A DNA stretch of 62,040 bases from an uncultured Thermoplasmatales archaeon (GTDB lineage: Archaea; Thermoplasmatota; E2; DHVEG-1), in NCBI GenBank assembly GCA_964391625.1, contig CAYMMP010000001.1, positions 1 through 62,040 of the forward strand, read 5' to 3'. Both the position numbers and the translations under genes were made by a program. How positions within the stretch are numbered: position 1 is the stretch's first letter; the number at the start of each line of letters is the position of its first letter. This document shows positions 35,416 through 45,460 of this stretch, piece after piece. The notes beneath the pieces are model-generated. The model searched no databases and had not been told where the DNA came from. It saw nothing but the letters and a program-made list of their open reading frames with translations.

Positions 35416-35712
35416 ATGAAAATAAGAGACATCCCTTGGTATAATCGTCCAGGCATTCGTCTTAAAAGAAAAGGCGTTTCTGTTCTTTCTGATGCTGAGC
35501 TTTTAGCAATTGTTCTTGGTCGTGGGAACAAAGACGAGAACGCCATCGACATTTCCAATAGAGTTTTGAAATCATATAATTTTAATGGTCTTTCATCTCT
35601 ATCTTTTCAAGTGCTTAAAAAAGAGTTTAAGAATCAGGTTCCTGCACTTAAGATGCTTGCCATGTTTGAGATATTTAGACGAACTAATAGAATATTTAAA
35701 AATAAACCATAA
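35416..35712 (+). CDS. RadC-like N-terminal (UPF0758, HhH) domain only; JAB/MPN domain absent
   Basis: IRDIPWYNRPGIRLKRKGVSVLSDAELLAIVLGRGNKDENAIDISNRVL matches RadC i.d.p..eRPRE.L...G...LsdaELLAilL.tG. The ORF stops at 98 aa and no HNHPSG-type domain follows. Confidence 0.45.
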   Translation: MKIRDIPWYNRPGIRLKRKGVSVLSDAELLAIVLGRGNKDENAIDISNRVLKSYNFNGLSSLSFQVLKKEFKNQVPALKMLAMFEIFRRTNRIFKNKP

Positions 35713-35893
35713 TATAAAGAAAAGAACTGAAAATATGGATAACAGTTGTTCAATATCATAAAAAGTCCTTTATAAAAATAAAATTTAGAAAGATAACGAT
35801 GGGTTGGATAAATCTGCTAGATATTTGCTCCATTGTCTAAATTTTTGATATAATTATATTAAATAATCCTGCATACTATTCTGAGGAATTTCA

Positions 35894-37153
35894 ATGCAAA
35901 CAACAATCCCATATGGAAAAGAACAAATAAAAATAAACATAAATGAATCGTTTACAGTATTACTACCAAATAAAGTACAAATCAAAGATGAAGATAAACT
36001 AATAGAACATGCATTAGAAAATCCAATTGGTTTTGAATCATATGATGAATTTGCAGATAAATCAAACAAACTTCTTGTAATTATAAACGACGCTACAAGA
36101 CCCACACCAACATCTAAGATTCTCAGATATCTGTTGCCAGTACTGTCCTCACATCCAGATGTAAAATTTTTAGTAGCAACAGGCGTACATAGAGCTCCAA
36201 CTGAAGAAGAGTACAGATTTATTTTAGGAGATACCTACGAAGTTTTTAGAAGAAAGGTTTATGCCCATGATGCTAGAAAAGATGAAGATATGGTTTATCT
36301 TGGCAAATCAAAAAATGGGACTGAGATGTACATTAACAAGCTTGTTACGGAATACAAAAATATACTTATCATTGGTTCTGTAGAGCCGCATTATTTTGCA
36401 GGTTATACTGGCGGTAGAAAATCATTCTTACCAGGCGTAGCATCGTACAAAACCATTGAGATGAACCACAAACTCGCTTTAAGTGATGCTGCCCGCTCTT
36501 TAGCATTAGAGGGCAATCCTGTTCACGAAGATATGGTGGACGCGATGAATGTCTTGAGAGACCTTAACATATTTTCAATACAAACAGTTCTTACAGGCGA
36601 TCATAAACTTTATGCAGTAACAGCAGGAGACCTGCATAAATCATTTGACGCGGCAATTAAACATTCAAATCAAATCTTTTGTGCGCCATTAGAAGAGAAG
36701 GGAAATATCGTACTAACTGTTGCACCGTATCCTATGGATATCGATCTTTATCAATCTCAAAAAGCTCTTGATAATGGAAAACTTGCTTTAGAAGATGATG
36801 GAGTAATTATCGTTGTTTCAAAATGTCGCGATGGTGTAGGCGAAGCTCAATTCTTAGAATTATTAAGTAAGGCAGATTCTCCAAAGAAAATATTTGACAT
36901 CCTAGATGTTGAATACAAACTTGGTTATCATAAAGCAGCAAAAATGGCGCAAATAGGAATCCGTGCTGAAATGTGGGCAGTGTCAGATCTTGATGATGGC
37001 ATCTTGAAAAAAGCTATGTTAAAGCCATATCCAACTATACAAAAAGCTGTAGATGAAGCCATAAAACTAATTAAATCAAAGGGTAAAAAACCGAAGATAG
37101 TTATTATGCCTGCTGGTAGTCTTACCATACCTATAATAAAAGGAGGGAAATAA
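35894..37153 (+). CDS. larA: LarA-like nickel-pincer-dependent 2-hydroxyacid racemase/epimerase family protein
   Basis: LLVIINDATRPTPT, LVATGVHRAPTEEE, HYFAGYTGGRKSFLPG. These are the LarA/DUF2088 patterns (DiTRp.p, AtGtHR, GG.K...PG). Confidence 0.75.
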   Translation: MQTTIPYGKEQIKININESFTVLLPNKVQIKDEDKLIEHALENPIGFESYDEFADKSNKLLVIINDATRPTPTSKILRYLLPVLSSHPDVKFLVATGVHRAPTEEEYRFILGDTYEVFRRKVYAHDARKDEDMVYLGKSKNGTEMYINKLVTEYKNILIIGSVEPHYFAGYTGGRKSFLPGVASYKTIEMNHKLALSDAARSLALEGNPVHEDMVDAMNVLRDLNIFSIQTVLTGDHKLYAVTAGDLHKSFDAAIKHSNQIFCAPLEEKGNIVLTVAPYPMDIDLYQSQKALDNGKLALEDDGVIIVVSKCRDGVGEAQFLELLSKADSPKKIFDILDVEYKLGYHKAAKMAQIGIRAEMWAVSDLDDGILKKAMLKPYPTIQKAVDEAIKLIKSKGKKPKIVIMPAGSLTIPIIKGGK

Positions 37154-38358
37154 TGGATTTTAGTTTTACAAACGAGCAAGAATTGTGGAGAAAGACAGTA
37201 AGGGAATTTGCTGAAAAGAAAATAAAACCACGAGTAAGAGAGATAGATACAAATAAAAAAATCCCAGAGGAGATTATCAAAGATATGGGAAAACTGGGTT
37301 TACTAGCTCCAACTGCATCTAAGGAATACGGGGGGGCAGATCTAGATTGGACCATGGCATCAATAGCAGCAGAAGAATTAGGGCGAGCAGATATCAGTCT
37401 AGCGATACCTGTTCTATACTTGGTAGAAGCGGCATGGGGATTTATTTTAAGCAAGTACGGGTCAGAAGAAATTAAGGAAAAATATTTACCAAAAATCACC
37501 AAAGGTAAAGCTTTCTGCGGAATAGCTGTAACAGAGCCCGAAGGAGGCTCAGATATATTGGGTGCAGCTAAAACCAAAGCAGAGAAAAAAGGAAACAAAT
37601 GGATATTGAATGGAGAAAAAATATTCATAAGCGGAATAAGAGAATCAAGTAAGTGGGGAGGAGTTCATCTAACACTTGCAAGAACAAATCCAAAAACAGC
37701 TCACAAAGGATTTTCATTTTTTGCAGTACCATTAAAGGATAGTAAGAGCATTGAAACAACATTGTTTGAGGACATGGGAAGAATGGGAACATCTACAGGT
37801 GGATTCACTATGAGCAATGTTGAATTGCCATTATATCATCTTATAGGAGAAGAGAATAGAGGTTTCTATTATGCAATGGAAGGTTTTTCAGCTGCTAGAA
37901 CATTAATAGGTGCAACCTGTGTTGGTGCCGCAGAAGGTGCTCTAGAACTAGGAATAGATCACATAAAAAATAGAAAGGCTTTTGGACGTCCATTGGCAAG
38001 TTTTGAAGGGATACAATTTCCACTAGTAGAACACAAAACAAATCTTGAAAGTGTTAAGTTATTAACCTATAAAGCTGCCTGGACAATGGACAGATTCTAT
38101 AAAGAAAACAAAGGAACTCACCACGATATTGCAATAGCTGCTGCTATGACTAAGCTTCGAGCTCCTGTTAGAGCTTTTGAAGTTATGAACGAAGTGGCAG
38201 ATTGGTTGGGAGCAGTAGGTTATACAAAAGAATACCCTGTTGAAATGGGAATCAGAGGAGTACGATCATATTCAATAGGTGCGGAAGGTACAATGAACAT
38301 AATGAGAATAATTATTGCCAGAGAATTGCTTGGCAAGGATTTTTTACCCTATAAATAA
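37153..38358 (+). CDS. Acyl-CoA dehydrogenase family flavoprotein
   Basis: 401 aa. FCGIAVTEPEGGSDI, WILNGEKIFISG, C-terminal YSIGAEGTMNIMRIIIAREL. TAATG overlap with the larA-like gene. Confidence 0.85.
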   Translation: MDFSFTNEQELWRKTVREFAEKKIKPRVREIDTNKKIPEEIIKDMGKLGLLAPTASKEYGGADLDWTMASIAAEELGRADISLAIPVLYLVEAAWGFILSKYGSEEIKEKYLPKITKGKAFCGIAVTEPEGGSDILGAAKTKAEKKGNKWILNGEKIFISGIRESSKWGGVHLTLARTNPKTAHKGFSFFAVPLKDSKSIETTLFEDMGRMGTSTGGFTMSNVELPLYHLIGEENRGFYYAMEGFSAARTLIGATCVGAAEGALELGIDHIKNRKAFGRPLASFEGIQFPLVEHKTNLESVKLLTYKAAWTMDRFYKENKGTHHDIAIAAAMTKLRAPVRAFEVMNEVADWLGAVGYTKEYPVEMGIRGVRSYSIGAEGTMNIMRIIIARELLGKDFLPYK

Positions 38359-38429
38359 AATAGAAAGTATTATATTTTAAATTCATGATATCAATCGAAA
38401 TTTGACAGTTATAGAGTGGGGGAAAAATT

Positions 38430-38873
38430 ATGAAAAAAATAATAATATTGAGTATTTTAATGATGCTGATAATACCTTTATTAGCTACTACTGCAGCTGC
38501 AAACAATCCGCCAGTTAACCCAACTATCGAAGGACCAACAACTGGAGAATCTGGAGTTGAGTATACTTACCATTTTAGATCAATAGACCCCGATGGTGAT
38601 AATATAAACTACCGTATTCGTTGGGGAGATGAATCGAATGAAGAGTACATAGGGCCATTTGCTTCAGGGGCCTCGTTATTGAGAGGGCATACATTTGAAG
38701 AAGATGGCACATATACAATTATGGCAAAAGCACAAGACATGTATGGGGCAGAAAGCGATTGGACAACATTAGAAGTCAGTATGCCAAAAGATACAGTAAG
38801 ACTACCGTTTTTCCAAATGATTATGGAAAAAATATTTTATAAATTTAGTTTTTTGAGAATATTAATGAATTAG
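38430..38873 (+). CDS. Secreted PKD-like-domain protein
   Basis: Signal-peptide-like N-terminus (KKIIILSILMMLIIPLLATTAAA). YTYHFRSIDPDGDNINYRIRWGDE...GTYTIMAKAQDMYGAESDW is a PKD-like beta-sandwich pattern. Confidence 0.5.
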   Translation: MKKIIILSILMMLIIPLLATTAAANNPPVNPTIEGPTTGESGVEYTYHFRSIDPDGDNINYRIRWGDESNEEYIGPFASGASLLRGHTFEEDGTYTIMAKAQDMYGAESDWTTLEVSMPKDTVRLPFFQMIMEKIFYKFSFLRILMN

Positions 38874-38899
38874 TAAAAGCGATATTCTCTCTTTTTTGT

Positions 38900-40792
38900 T
38901 TATATCAAATCATATGGAGATAGGTAATCCCCGTACTTCTTTTGAGCTTCAAGCAATCGTTCTTTTTGCTCTTCCATAACCTTGAATAGGATTTCTGGCG
39001 TATCCTGGACTCTAGTAGTAAATATCTCTTTCATGCGCTCAATTTTAGACAGGTTCTCTGGAATTCTGATTGTAAATTGTTTGATATAATCCTCTTTAGT
39101 ATAGATTTTGTTTAAAACCTGTTTAAATAGTCGTTCTAAATCTTCGTATTTTGGTATGAAACCTGTTGGAGTTTTAATTGCGTCAACATCATTGTTTACT
39201 CTTAGCGCCATCCATTTTAGCCAAATCGCCTTATCGTTCTTATGGTTCAACCAATTTCCATTCTTGTCTCTTAAAAAATAATTAACTGAAAATATGCTTG
39301 GAGGGTTTTTCAAATTCTTTCCAAATCTTAGATTGTCCTCTATGTATCTGCCGATCGGAATTGATAAAAAATCAATGTTTGACATTGGATTAAACACCCT
39401 AACACCTTCTTTACCCAATGTAGCAGCCGTGGTTTCAGATTCCAGACATGCTCCTTTTGTAATAATACCATGGACCCAATCAAAGGCTTCTTCAACTGGT
39501 ACAGAAGTATCCGAATCTCGACCGCCGTAAACAAATCCGCTTACTTCCACACCCATTGGATCATGTAATTTTTTATCTGCATTATCTAGGATATCCATCT
39601 TAAATGTGAAACGGGCGTTCTTATGCGAAGCAGTTATCACATTACCGTCTTTATCTTTCTTACCCTCATACCATTCGCCTGAATGGTTCCAACCTTTTTT
39701 TGGCTTTTCTCCAGGTTTGTCGTTCCAGTAAACCTTTCCATCATCATAGTAAAGTTGATTTGTAAAGATTATCTCTACAGGTTCATGAAGTGCTTTCCAT
39801 TGAAGCGGATCATCTTTATCGTTAATGCCCTCTATGATTCCAAATACCCCTGACTCTACATTCACGGACCTTACCTTTCCACCAATATTACGTATATAAG
39901 CTATATCATCACCAACTATAGTCTCGCCATTTATCATTGCAGTAGATGTTTTACCACACATTGAAGGGAAAGCACCTGTAAAATAACTTACATAATTGTT
40001 TGGACCATGAACTCCCATAACAAGCATGTGCTCTGTCAACCATCCCTCATTAGATGCTCGATTGATTGCCAGACGCATTGCCAGTTTCTTAAGTCCTATC
40101 GTATTGCCGCCATATTGAGTATTTGCACTGTATATAATTTCATCTTCCAAATCAATGTAAATTCGTCTTTTATCTATATTTTTGCTAACTAAAAGTCCAA
40201 GACTTGTTTCTTCCATCTCGCCCTGAGAATGCACAAATTTGAAGAATTTTGCATTTTTTCCGAGCCGGACAAAGTCTTGATATCCTTGTCTGTAAAGTAA
40301 ATCTTCGCTATGAGCAACATAAGCTGAATCTGTTAATTGTATACAGGGGATAGAAAATTCTGAATTGTTAGGACCTAGGGTGAAGAACTTTACAAAAAGC
40401 TCATGACCTTTCATGATATCTTTCATAATATCATGTATCTCTTTGAGACCTTCTTCCCGATCCATTGCATTAATCTCAGGCCCAAGATCCTTGCCTTTAG
40501 GTAACAAAAACTTAGTTCTTGCTTTATCACGAGCTTGATCGTAAAAGCCATCATAGTGTATTGTATGGCCTGGTGTAGCCAATTTTGCTTCTTCATGATT
40601 TTTTATTGCTGCTTCCCTGGTGTATTTGATATCCTTGTCACTGTCATCACATACAGTAACCTTAGATGGATTGCAAAGATCAATATATTTTGCTATAAAC
40701 TTAAGAGCGTCTGTATTGTTTAATTTTAAAAGTTTTTGATAATCTTCATCACTTAATCTGGATTTTAAGATATTAACTGTTTCTGGGTTCAT
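38900..40792 (-). CDS. pckG: GTP-dependent phosphoenolpyruvate carboxykinase
   Basis: 630 aa. FPSMCGKTS kinase-1a P-loop, GDDIAYI, NARFT, FSVNYF motifs typical of GTP-PEPCK. Confidence 0.9.
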   Translation of the reverse strand: MNPETVNILKSRLSDEDYQKLLKLNNTDALKFIAKYIDLCNPSKVTVCDDSDKDIKYTREAAIKNHEEAKLATPGHTIHYDGFYDQARDKARTKFLLPKGKDLGPEINAMDREEGLKEIHDIMKDIMKGHELFVKFFTLGPNNSEFSIPCIQLTDSAYVAHSEDLLYRQGYQDFVRLGKNAKFFKFVHSQGEMEETSLGLLVSKNIDKRRIYIDLEDEIIYSANTQYGGNTIGLKKLAMRLAINRASNEGWLTEHMLVMGVHGPNNYVSYFTGAFPSMCGKTSTAMINGETIVGDDIAYIRNIGGKVRSVNVESGVFGIIEGINDKDDPLQWKALHEPVEIIFTNQLYYDDGKVYWNDKPGEKPKKGWNHSGEWYEGKKDKDGNVITASHKNARFTFKMDILDNADKKLHDPMGVEVSGFVYGGRDSDTSVPVEEAFDWVHGIITKGACLESETTAATLGKEGVRVFNPMSNIDFLSIPIGRYIEDNLRFGKNLKNPPSIFSVNYFLRDKNGNWLNHKNDKAIWLKWMALRVNNDVDAIKTPTGFIPKYEDLERLFKQVLNKIYTKEDYIKQFTIRIPENLSKIERMKEIFTTRVQDTPEILFKVMEEQKERLLEAQKKYGDYLSPYDLI

Positions 40793-40919
40793 AAACCATT
40801 CCTTCTACGTTTTTTTAATCAACAATGCTTAGTTCTCCATATGAAGGGACGGGGAATGGTATCTAGTTCTCCTACTTAAGGATATTGGGATTTAAAAATA
40901 TTTTACATAAAAATCTTAG

Positions 40920-41399
40920 TTATTTATTGTTTTTAATAATTAATTGTATTTCATTAAATAGTTTGTCAGATATTGTTTGCATTTTTTGCTTTAACTCGAA
41001 TGAGAGATCATCACCAAATGAAGTATTTTTAGGTTGTATGCCAAAAATAAATAGTTTTTCTGGACTCTCATCAAGGGTTTTTGAAACTTGAATTATTTTC
41101 ATAATGTCTGATTCATGAGTGCTTATTGTTATTGGGATTTTTTGGCTTATGATATCATCTATACTTAGCAGTTGGGTTTCTCCAGGTTCTTTATTGATAT
41201 TTGCAGCATCAATAATAAGCACGATATCAAAACGTACAAGCTGATGAAGAAGATTCATCCCACCTGTTCCGCCATCAACATACTCAACATATGACGGTAA
41301 TTCGTCTTTTCTTTCAATTAGTTTTTGCAAAAGAAGTATACCTATACCATCATCCTGTCTAAGTGGATTTCCTATACCTATTATTCCAATTTTTTTCAT
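40920..41399 (-). CDS. [NiFe]-hydrogenase maturation endopeptidase
   Basis: MKKIGIIGIGNPLRQDDGIG...VDGGTGG...IIDA pattern of HycI/HoxW/FrhD-type proteases. The start is taken at M8 (41399), 1 nt after the large-subunit stop. Confidence 0.8.
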   Translation of the reverse strand: MKKIGIIGIGNPLRQDDGIGILLLQKLIERKDELPSYVEYVDGGTGGMNLLHQLVRFDIVLIIDAANINKEPGETQLLSIDDIISQKIPITISTHESDIMKIIQVSKTLDESPEKLFIFGIQPKNTSFGDDLSFELKQKMQTISDKLFNEIQLIIKNNK

Positions 41400-41400
41400 T

Positions 41401-42711
41401 TTAAACAAAGTTGACATCAATATAATGAGTACTACAGGAGATACACGGATCGTAAGCCCTTACAAGCATTTCAAGATTTAATTCTATTTCTTTTTCGGGT
41501 TTGTTGAGTATCTGTGGAACAAGTTCTTCCATATCTTTCTGGATGTTTGCATGATTCTGATTTGTAGGAATGATACAATTTGCCTTTAAACAACGTCCTT
41601 TTTCATCAAGAGTATAATCATGAACAAGTATGCCTCGTGGCACTTCAACAATTCCAACTCCGCGACCTGCTTTAGGTATTACACTTACAGGTTTTTCATC
41701 CTCAATCCCATCATCAACCAATTTATCAATCCATTTGATTGAATCTTCAATATTATGCACAAATTCTACAAGTTGTGCAACATTATTCATAAAAGGATTA
41801 TAACAAATTGGCTTGAGCTCAAACATGTTAGCAACATCTTGAGCAATTGGATGAAGCTGATTGCTATTTAAATTGAATCTTGCTAGAGCTCCCACCATAT
41901 ATGATTCTCTTTTATGTTTCGCGTGTTTTGCAGTAGAATGTGGCACTACAAACTCCTGCATAATTGATCTATAATCTTTATATTCTGGATGACGACCAGT
42001 ATCTGTCGATGCAATATCTCCATCATATAACGCATATTCATCATCTGACGTTAGGGCAATATACTCGGTTTCTCTCTCAAAATCAGGGAAATTGCCAGCA
42101 ACGCTTTTTACAACCTCGGCAACTTCTTTAGTTATCTTGATAGCATCTTCCAAATCTTTTTTTAGATTCAGAAGTTCTTTTTCAGTAGGAATCATTGAAA
42201 AACCGCCAACAACGAGTCGTATAGGATGGGTAGTCCTCCCACAAACTAAATCAGACATTTCGTTAGAAATTCTATGAAGTTTTACAATTTTAAGTAGGGC
42301 ATCTTGATTTTTACTGCCGACAAGTGGGAAAACACTACCAACTCCAAACAAATCAGGAACTGCAAGATAACCTACGTGAAGAATATGACTTTGCATATTC
42401 TCTGCATTAATAGCAAGTCGCCTGAGTATGCCTGTTTGCTTAGAGATTTCAATATCCAATGCATCTTCTGTGGCTTTTAAACTTGCTAGCGAATGTCCAA
42501 TTGAGCATATTCCACAAATACGCGAAGTTATTGGTCGAAGCTCGTCATAATGTCTTCCGCGCAACATTGCCTCAAAAAATCTTGGAGCCTCAGAAACTTG
42601 CCATTGAACTTTCTCAATTTTGCCTTTTTTTACATTTAAGACGATGTTTCCATGACCTTCAACTCTTGTAACATGCTCCACGTTAATGTCAAAATCTTTA
42701 CTCATGGACAT
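41401..42711 (-). CDS. hydA: [NiFe]-hydrogenase large subunit, group 3b (sulfhydrogenase alpha)-like
   Basis: RVEGHG, RICGICSIGH (L1) and C-terminal DPCISCSTH followed by only 7 residues. The gene context with AsrA/AsrB-like subunits supports group 3b. An alternative start at M3 (42705) would give an ATGA overlap. Confidence 0.85.
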   Translation of the reverse strand: MSMSKDFDINVEHVTRVEGHGNIVLNVKKGKIEKVQWQVSEAPRFFEAMLRGRHYDELRPITSRICGICSIGHSLASLKATEDALDIEISKQTGILRRLAINAENMQSHILHVGYLAVPDLFGVGSVFPLVGSKNQDALLKIVKLHRISNEMSDLVCGRTTHPIRLVVGGFSMIPTEKELLNLKKDLEDAIKITKEVAEVVKSVAGNFPDFERETEYIALTSDDEYALYDGDIASTDTGRHPEYKDYRSIMQEFVVPHSTAKHAKHKRESYMVGALARFNLNSNQLHPIAQDVANMFELKPICYNPFMNNVAQLVEFVHNIEDSIKWIDKLVDDGIEDEKPVSVIPKAGRGVGIVEVPRGILVHDYTLDEKGRCLKANCIIPTNQNHANIQKDMEELVPQILNKPEKEIELNLEMLVRAYDPCISCSTHYIDVNFV

Positions 42712-43451
42712 TCATCCCTCCCGTAATTATACAGTAAACTACGACTTTTTAGTTCTTCATATGTAAGGTCATATCTTTCCAGTATCTCCATTACGCATTC
42801 TACTTCTGGTTTCTTTAGAAGACCTCGACATCCATCACATGTACTGCCGTTTGTTGGACATATAGCACCACACCCTGCACGAGTTATGGGGCCAAGACAA
42901 AACTTCCCTTGCTCAAACAAACAAACATTTTCATTCTTTTTACATTCAACACAAACTGGATAATTTGGAATATTTGGTTTTTTACCAAGTGCAAGTGATG
43001 TTACAACATGCTTGAATTCATCTCGGTTGATAGGACAACCATGGATATAATAATCAACTGGTACAACCTCGTTTATAGCCTTTGTTTCAAAAACATCAAA
43101 ATACTCGTTATTTTCAAGATCAGCATCACCATATACTTCCTTTTTAACATCTTCAGGTGGCCATTGATTGCGAATTTTGTTTATGCCGCCAATAGTTGCA
43201 CAGGCACCTAGAGCAACAAGTATTTTAGCTCTGCTTCTAATCTCTCTAAGTCGAGCGGCATCCATTGGTCGCATAATTGATCCTTCAATAAATGCGATAT
43301 CATAGTCATCTGAATGTTCTTTCATAACCTCTCTAAAAGAAACAACATCCACAATATTTATTAAATCAAGGATTTCTTCTTCCAGGTTTGCTATTTGAAG
43401 TTGACATCCTTCACATGATGAAAAATCAAAGAATGCTACTTTCGGTTTCAT
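42702..43451 (-). CDS. hydD: [NiFe]-hydrogenase small subunit, group 3b (delta)-like
   Basis: KVAFFDFSSCEGCQLQI, ALGACATIGG, and C-terminal Cys clusters (CVECKKNENVCL..., GPITRAGCGAICP..GSTCDGC). Confidence 0.8.
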   Translation of the reverse strand: MKPKVAFFDFSSCEGCQLQIANLEEEILDLINIVDVVSFREVMKEHSDDYDIAFIEGSIMRPMDAARLREIRSRAKILVALGACATIGGINKIRNQWPPEDVKKEVYGDADLENNEYFDVFETKAINEVVPVDYYIHGCPINRDEFKHVVTSLALGKKPNIPNYPVCVECKKNENVCLFEQGKFCLGPITRAGCGAICPTNGSTCDGCRGLLKKPEVECVMEILERYDLTYEELKSRSLLYNYGRDECP

Positions 43452-45388
43452 TCGAATGCCTCCGGTAAGTTTTTAATTTGACTATATTGAAAGACGGGGC
43501 CTTCTTTACAAACATATATACCATTAATTTGACAATGTCCACATTTACCAACACCGCATTTCATATGCCTCTCAAGTGAAACGTAAATATTTTCATCAGG
43601 GAAACCCATGGTTTTCAAGGATTCGATTACAAATTTATAAACTACAGGTGGGCCTACTACGACAGCCATTGTGTCTTGAGACGCAGCTTTATCAAGATTT
43701 ATTTTCGGGAATAGCGTTGTAATAAGACCGATTTCTCCATCCCAACATTCACCTTCGGGGCATGTATCAACGGTTAATTTACATTCATAATCATCTAGAT
43801 TTTCTAGGCTCTTAAACTCATCTAAAAACATTGCCTCATTGGGTTCTTTACATCCATAAAGTATCTTTATATTCTTGAATTTATTTCTATTCTTTTTATC
43901 TGTAACATATAAATATAAGGATCTTAGTGGTGCAACCCCTAGACCAGCACAAACAAATATTATATTTTTGCCCTCCATTGCTTTAACATCAAATCCGTTT
44001 CCAAAGGGTCCACGTATACCAATTTTGTCTCCTGTTTTCATAGTAAAGAGTTTGGATGTAACGTTTCCAACTTTTCTTACAACAATCTGAAAAGTAGGTT
44101 TTTCAGTTGGGGGTGATGAAACAGAAATTGGTGCTTCTCCAACCCCTAAAACAGACACCTCAACAAATTGGCCGGGATTATGACCAAGGCTTTTCTTATC
44201 ATCAAGTTCGATTTCAAAAAGAGTTTCTCTTGAAGTTAATCTTTCAATACGTTTAATAGTGGCACTCCTTGGAATGTGAATAATGCCTTTCTCATCTATT
44301 TCTGTTTTTTGTTTTATAAAAAACTTGTTAGTTTCATCTGATTTTTCAAAGTGTGATAACTCGTTTATCATATTACATGGGTCTGCTATATTTGGAAGAC
44401 ATGCTATTCCACATCGCCCACATCCTACACATGCAACAAAGCCATAACGCTCTGGTAAATAATTCCCTTTTCTGTAGAATCTATGGCGAAATCTATCTGT
44501 TGTATCTTCACGAAAAACTTCTCCACTACCTATCTTAGTAAAATCGTGTAATAAACATCCATCCCATGTACGAAATCTTTCTCCTTCTTTGAGGTTTAGT
44601 GATACTTCATCCTTAACATTATAACAATAACAAGTTGGACATACCATGGTACATGAACTACAGCTCAGACATTTATCTGATTTTATTTTCCAGATAGTAT
44701 TATTATAATTTGCCACCAGATATTTTGACCATTCTTCTTTTTTTACATCTACTTTTTTCATATATTGTGAAGCAATCAAATTACGTTTTTTTTCAATCTT
44801 TCTTAGATCAGATTTTTTTGCATCCTTGACTCGAGCATATTCTTGCAATAGATTTTTTCCCTTTTTTGAGCCAATCGTTATAGCATATTTATTGCCAATG
44901 TCAGTAAGCATCAAGTCAAAACCAGAATCTGTAGTATGAGTATCCATGCTAGCTGCAAAAGAATATTTTGAAACATTTTGAATGTCTGTACCAATAATTA
45001 TTGTATTTTCACGTCGTTTTTTATAAAAATCATCTTCTTGAGAATCAAGATAATATTTATCCATCTGCTCGATAGCAATAATATCATACGGATGAATGCC
45101 GATGATTATTCTGGGTACATTGGCATCGCTTTTTTTAACATCAAAAGATTTTGATAAATCATAGTCCATAAGTTTTTCAATCTGGGGGAGAAAATATTTT
45201 TTTGGCGGAAGGATTGTCACATCATAATCAAGGCGCAATTCATTTGCAGTATTAAGTTGATCGAAAACAAATCTTTCACGCTTTTCTTTGACGCCAACGA
45301 CATCATATTTTCCTTCTTTTATTATGGCATTTACAAACTCATTGAACTCGTTTTTATTTATTATTTTGACATCTTCTAACTTAGGCAT
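43448..45388 (-). CDS. Fused sulfhydrogenase beta (AsrA/HydB-like) and gamma (AsrB/HydG-like FAD/NAD(P)/[2Fe-2S]) subunit
   Basis: N-terminal half: CLSCSSCTMVCPTCYC...CVGCGRCGIAC. C-terminal half: ferredoxin-NADP-reductase-like fold (GQFVEVSV, GPFG, IFVCAGLGVAPL) ending CGVGKCGHCQ. ATG 45388 is preceded by GGTGA. Confidence 0.75.
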   Translation of the reverse strand: MPKLEDVKIINKNEFNEFVNAIIKEGKYDVVGVKEKRERFVFDQLNTANELRLDYDVTILPPKKYFLPQIEKLMDYDLSKSFDVKKSDANVPRIIIGIHPYDIIAIEQMDKYYLDSQEDDFYKKRRENTIIIGTDIQNVSKYSFAASMDTHTTDSGFDLMLTDIGNKYAITIGSKKGKNLLQEYARVKDAKKSDLRKIEKKRNLIASQYMKKVDVKKEEWSKYLVANYNNTIWKIKSDKCLSCSSCTMVCPTCYCYNVKDEVSLNLKEGERFRTWDGCLLHDFTKIGSGEVFREDTTDRFRHRFYRKGNYLPERYGFVACVGCGRCGIACLPNIADPCNMINELSHFEKSDETNKFFIKQKTEIDEKGIIHIPRSATIKRIERLTSRETLFEIELDDKKSLGHNPGQFVEVSVLGVGEAPISVSSPPTEKPTFQIVVRKVGNVTSKLFTMKTGDKIGIRGPFGNGFDVKAMEGKNIIFVCAGLGVAPLRSLYLYVTDKKNRNKFKNIKILYGCKEPNEAMFLDEFKSLENLDDYECKLTVDTCPEGECWDGEIGLITTLFPKINLDKAASQDTMAVVVGPPVVYKFVIESLKTMGFPDENIYVSLERHMKCGVGKCGHCQINGIYVCKEGPVFQYSQIKNLPEAFE

Positions 45389-45460
45389 AATTTTCACCAA
45401 ATTAAATGTTAATATAACTCCTTACCCCGTATCGCAGAATATTATAATAGTTTTACTAGA

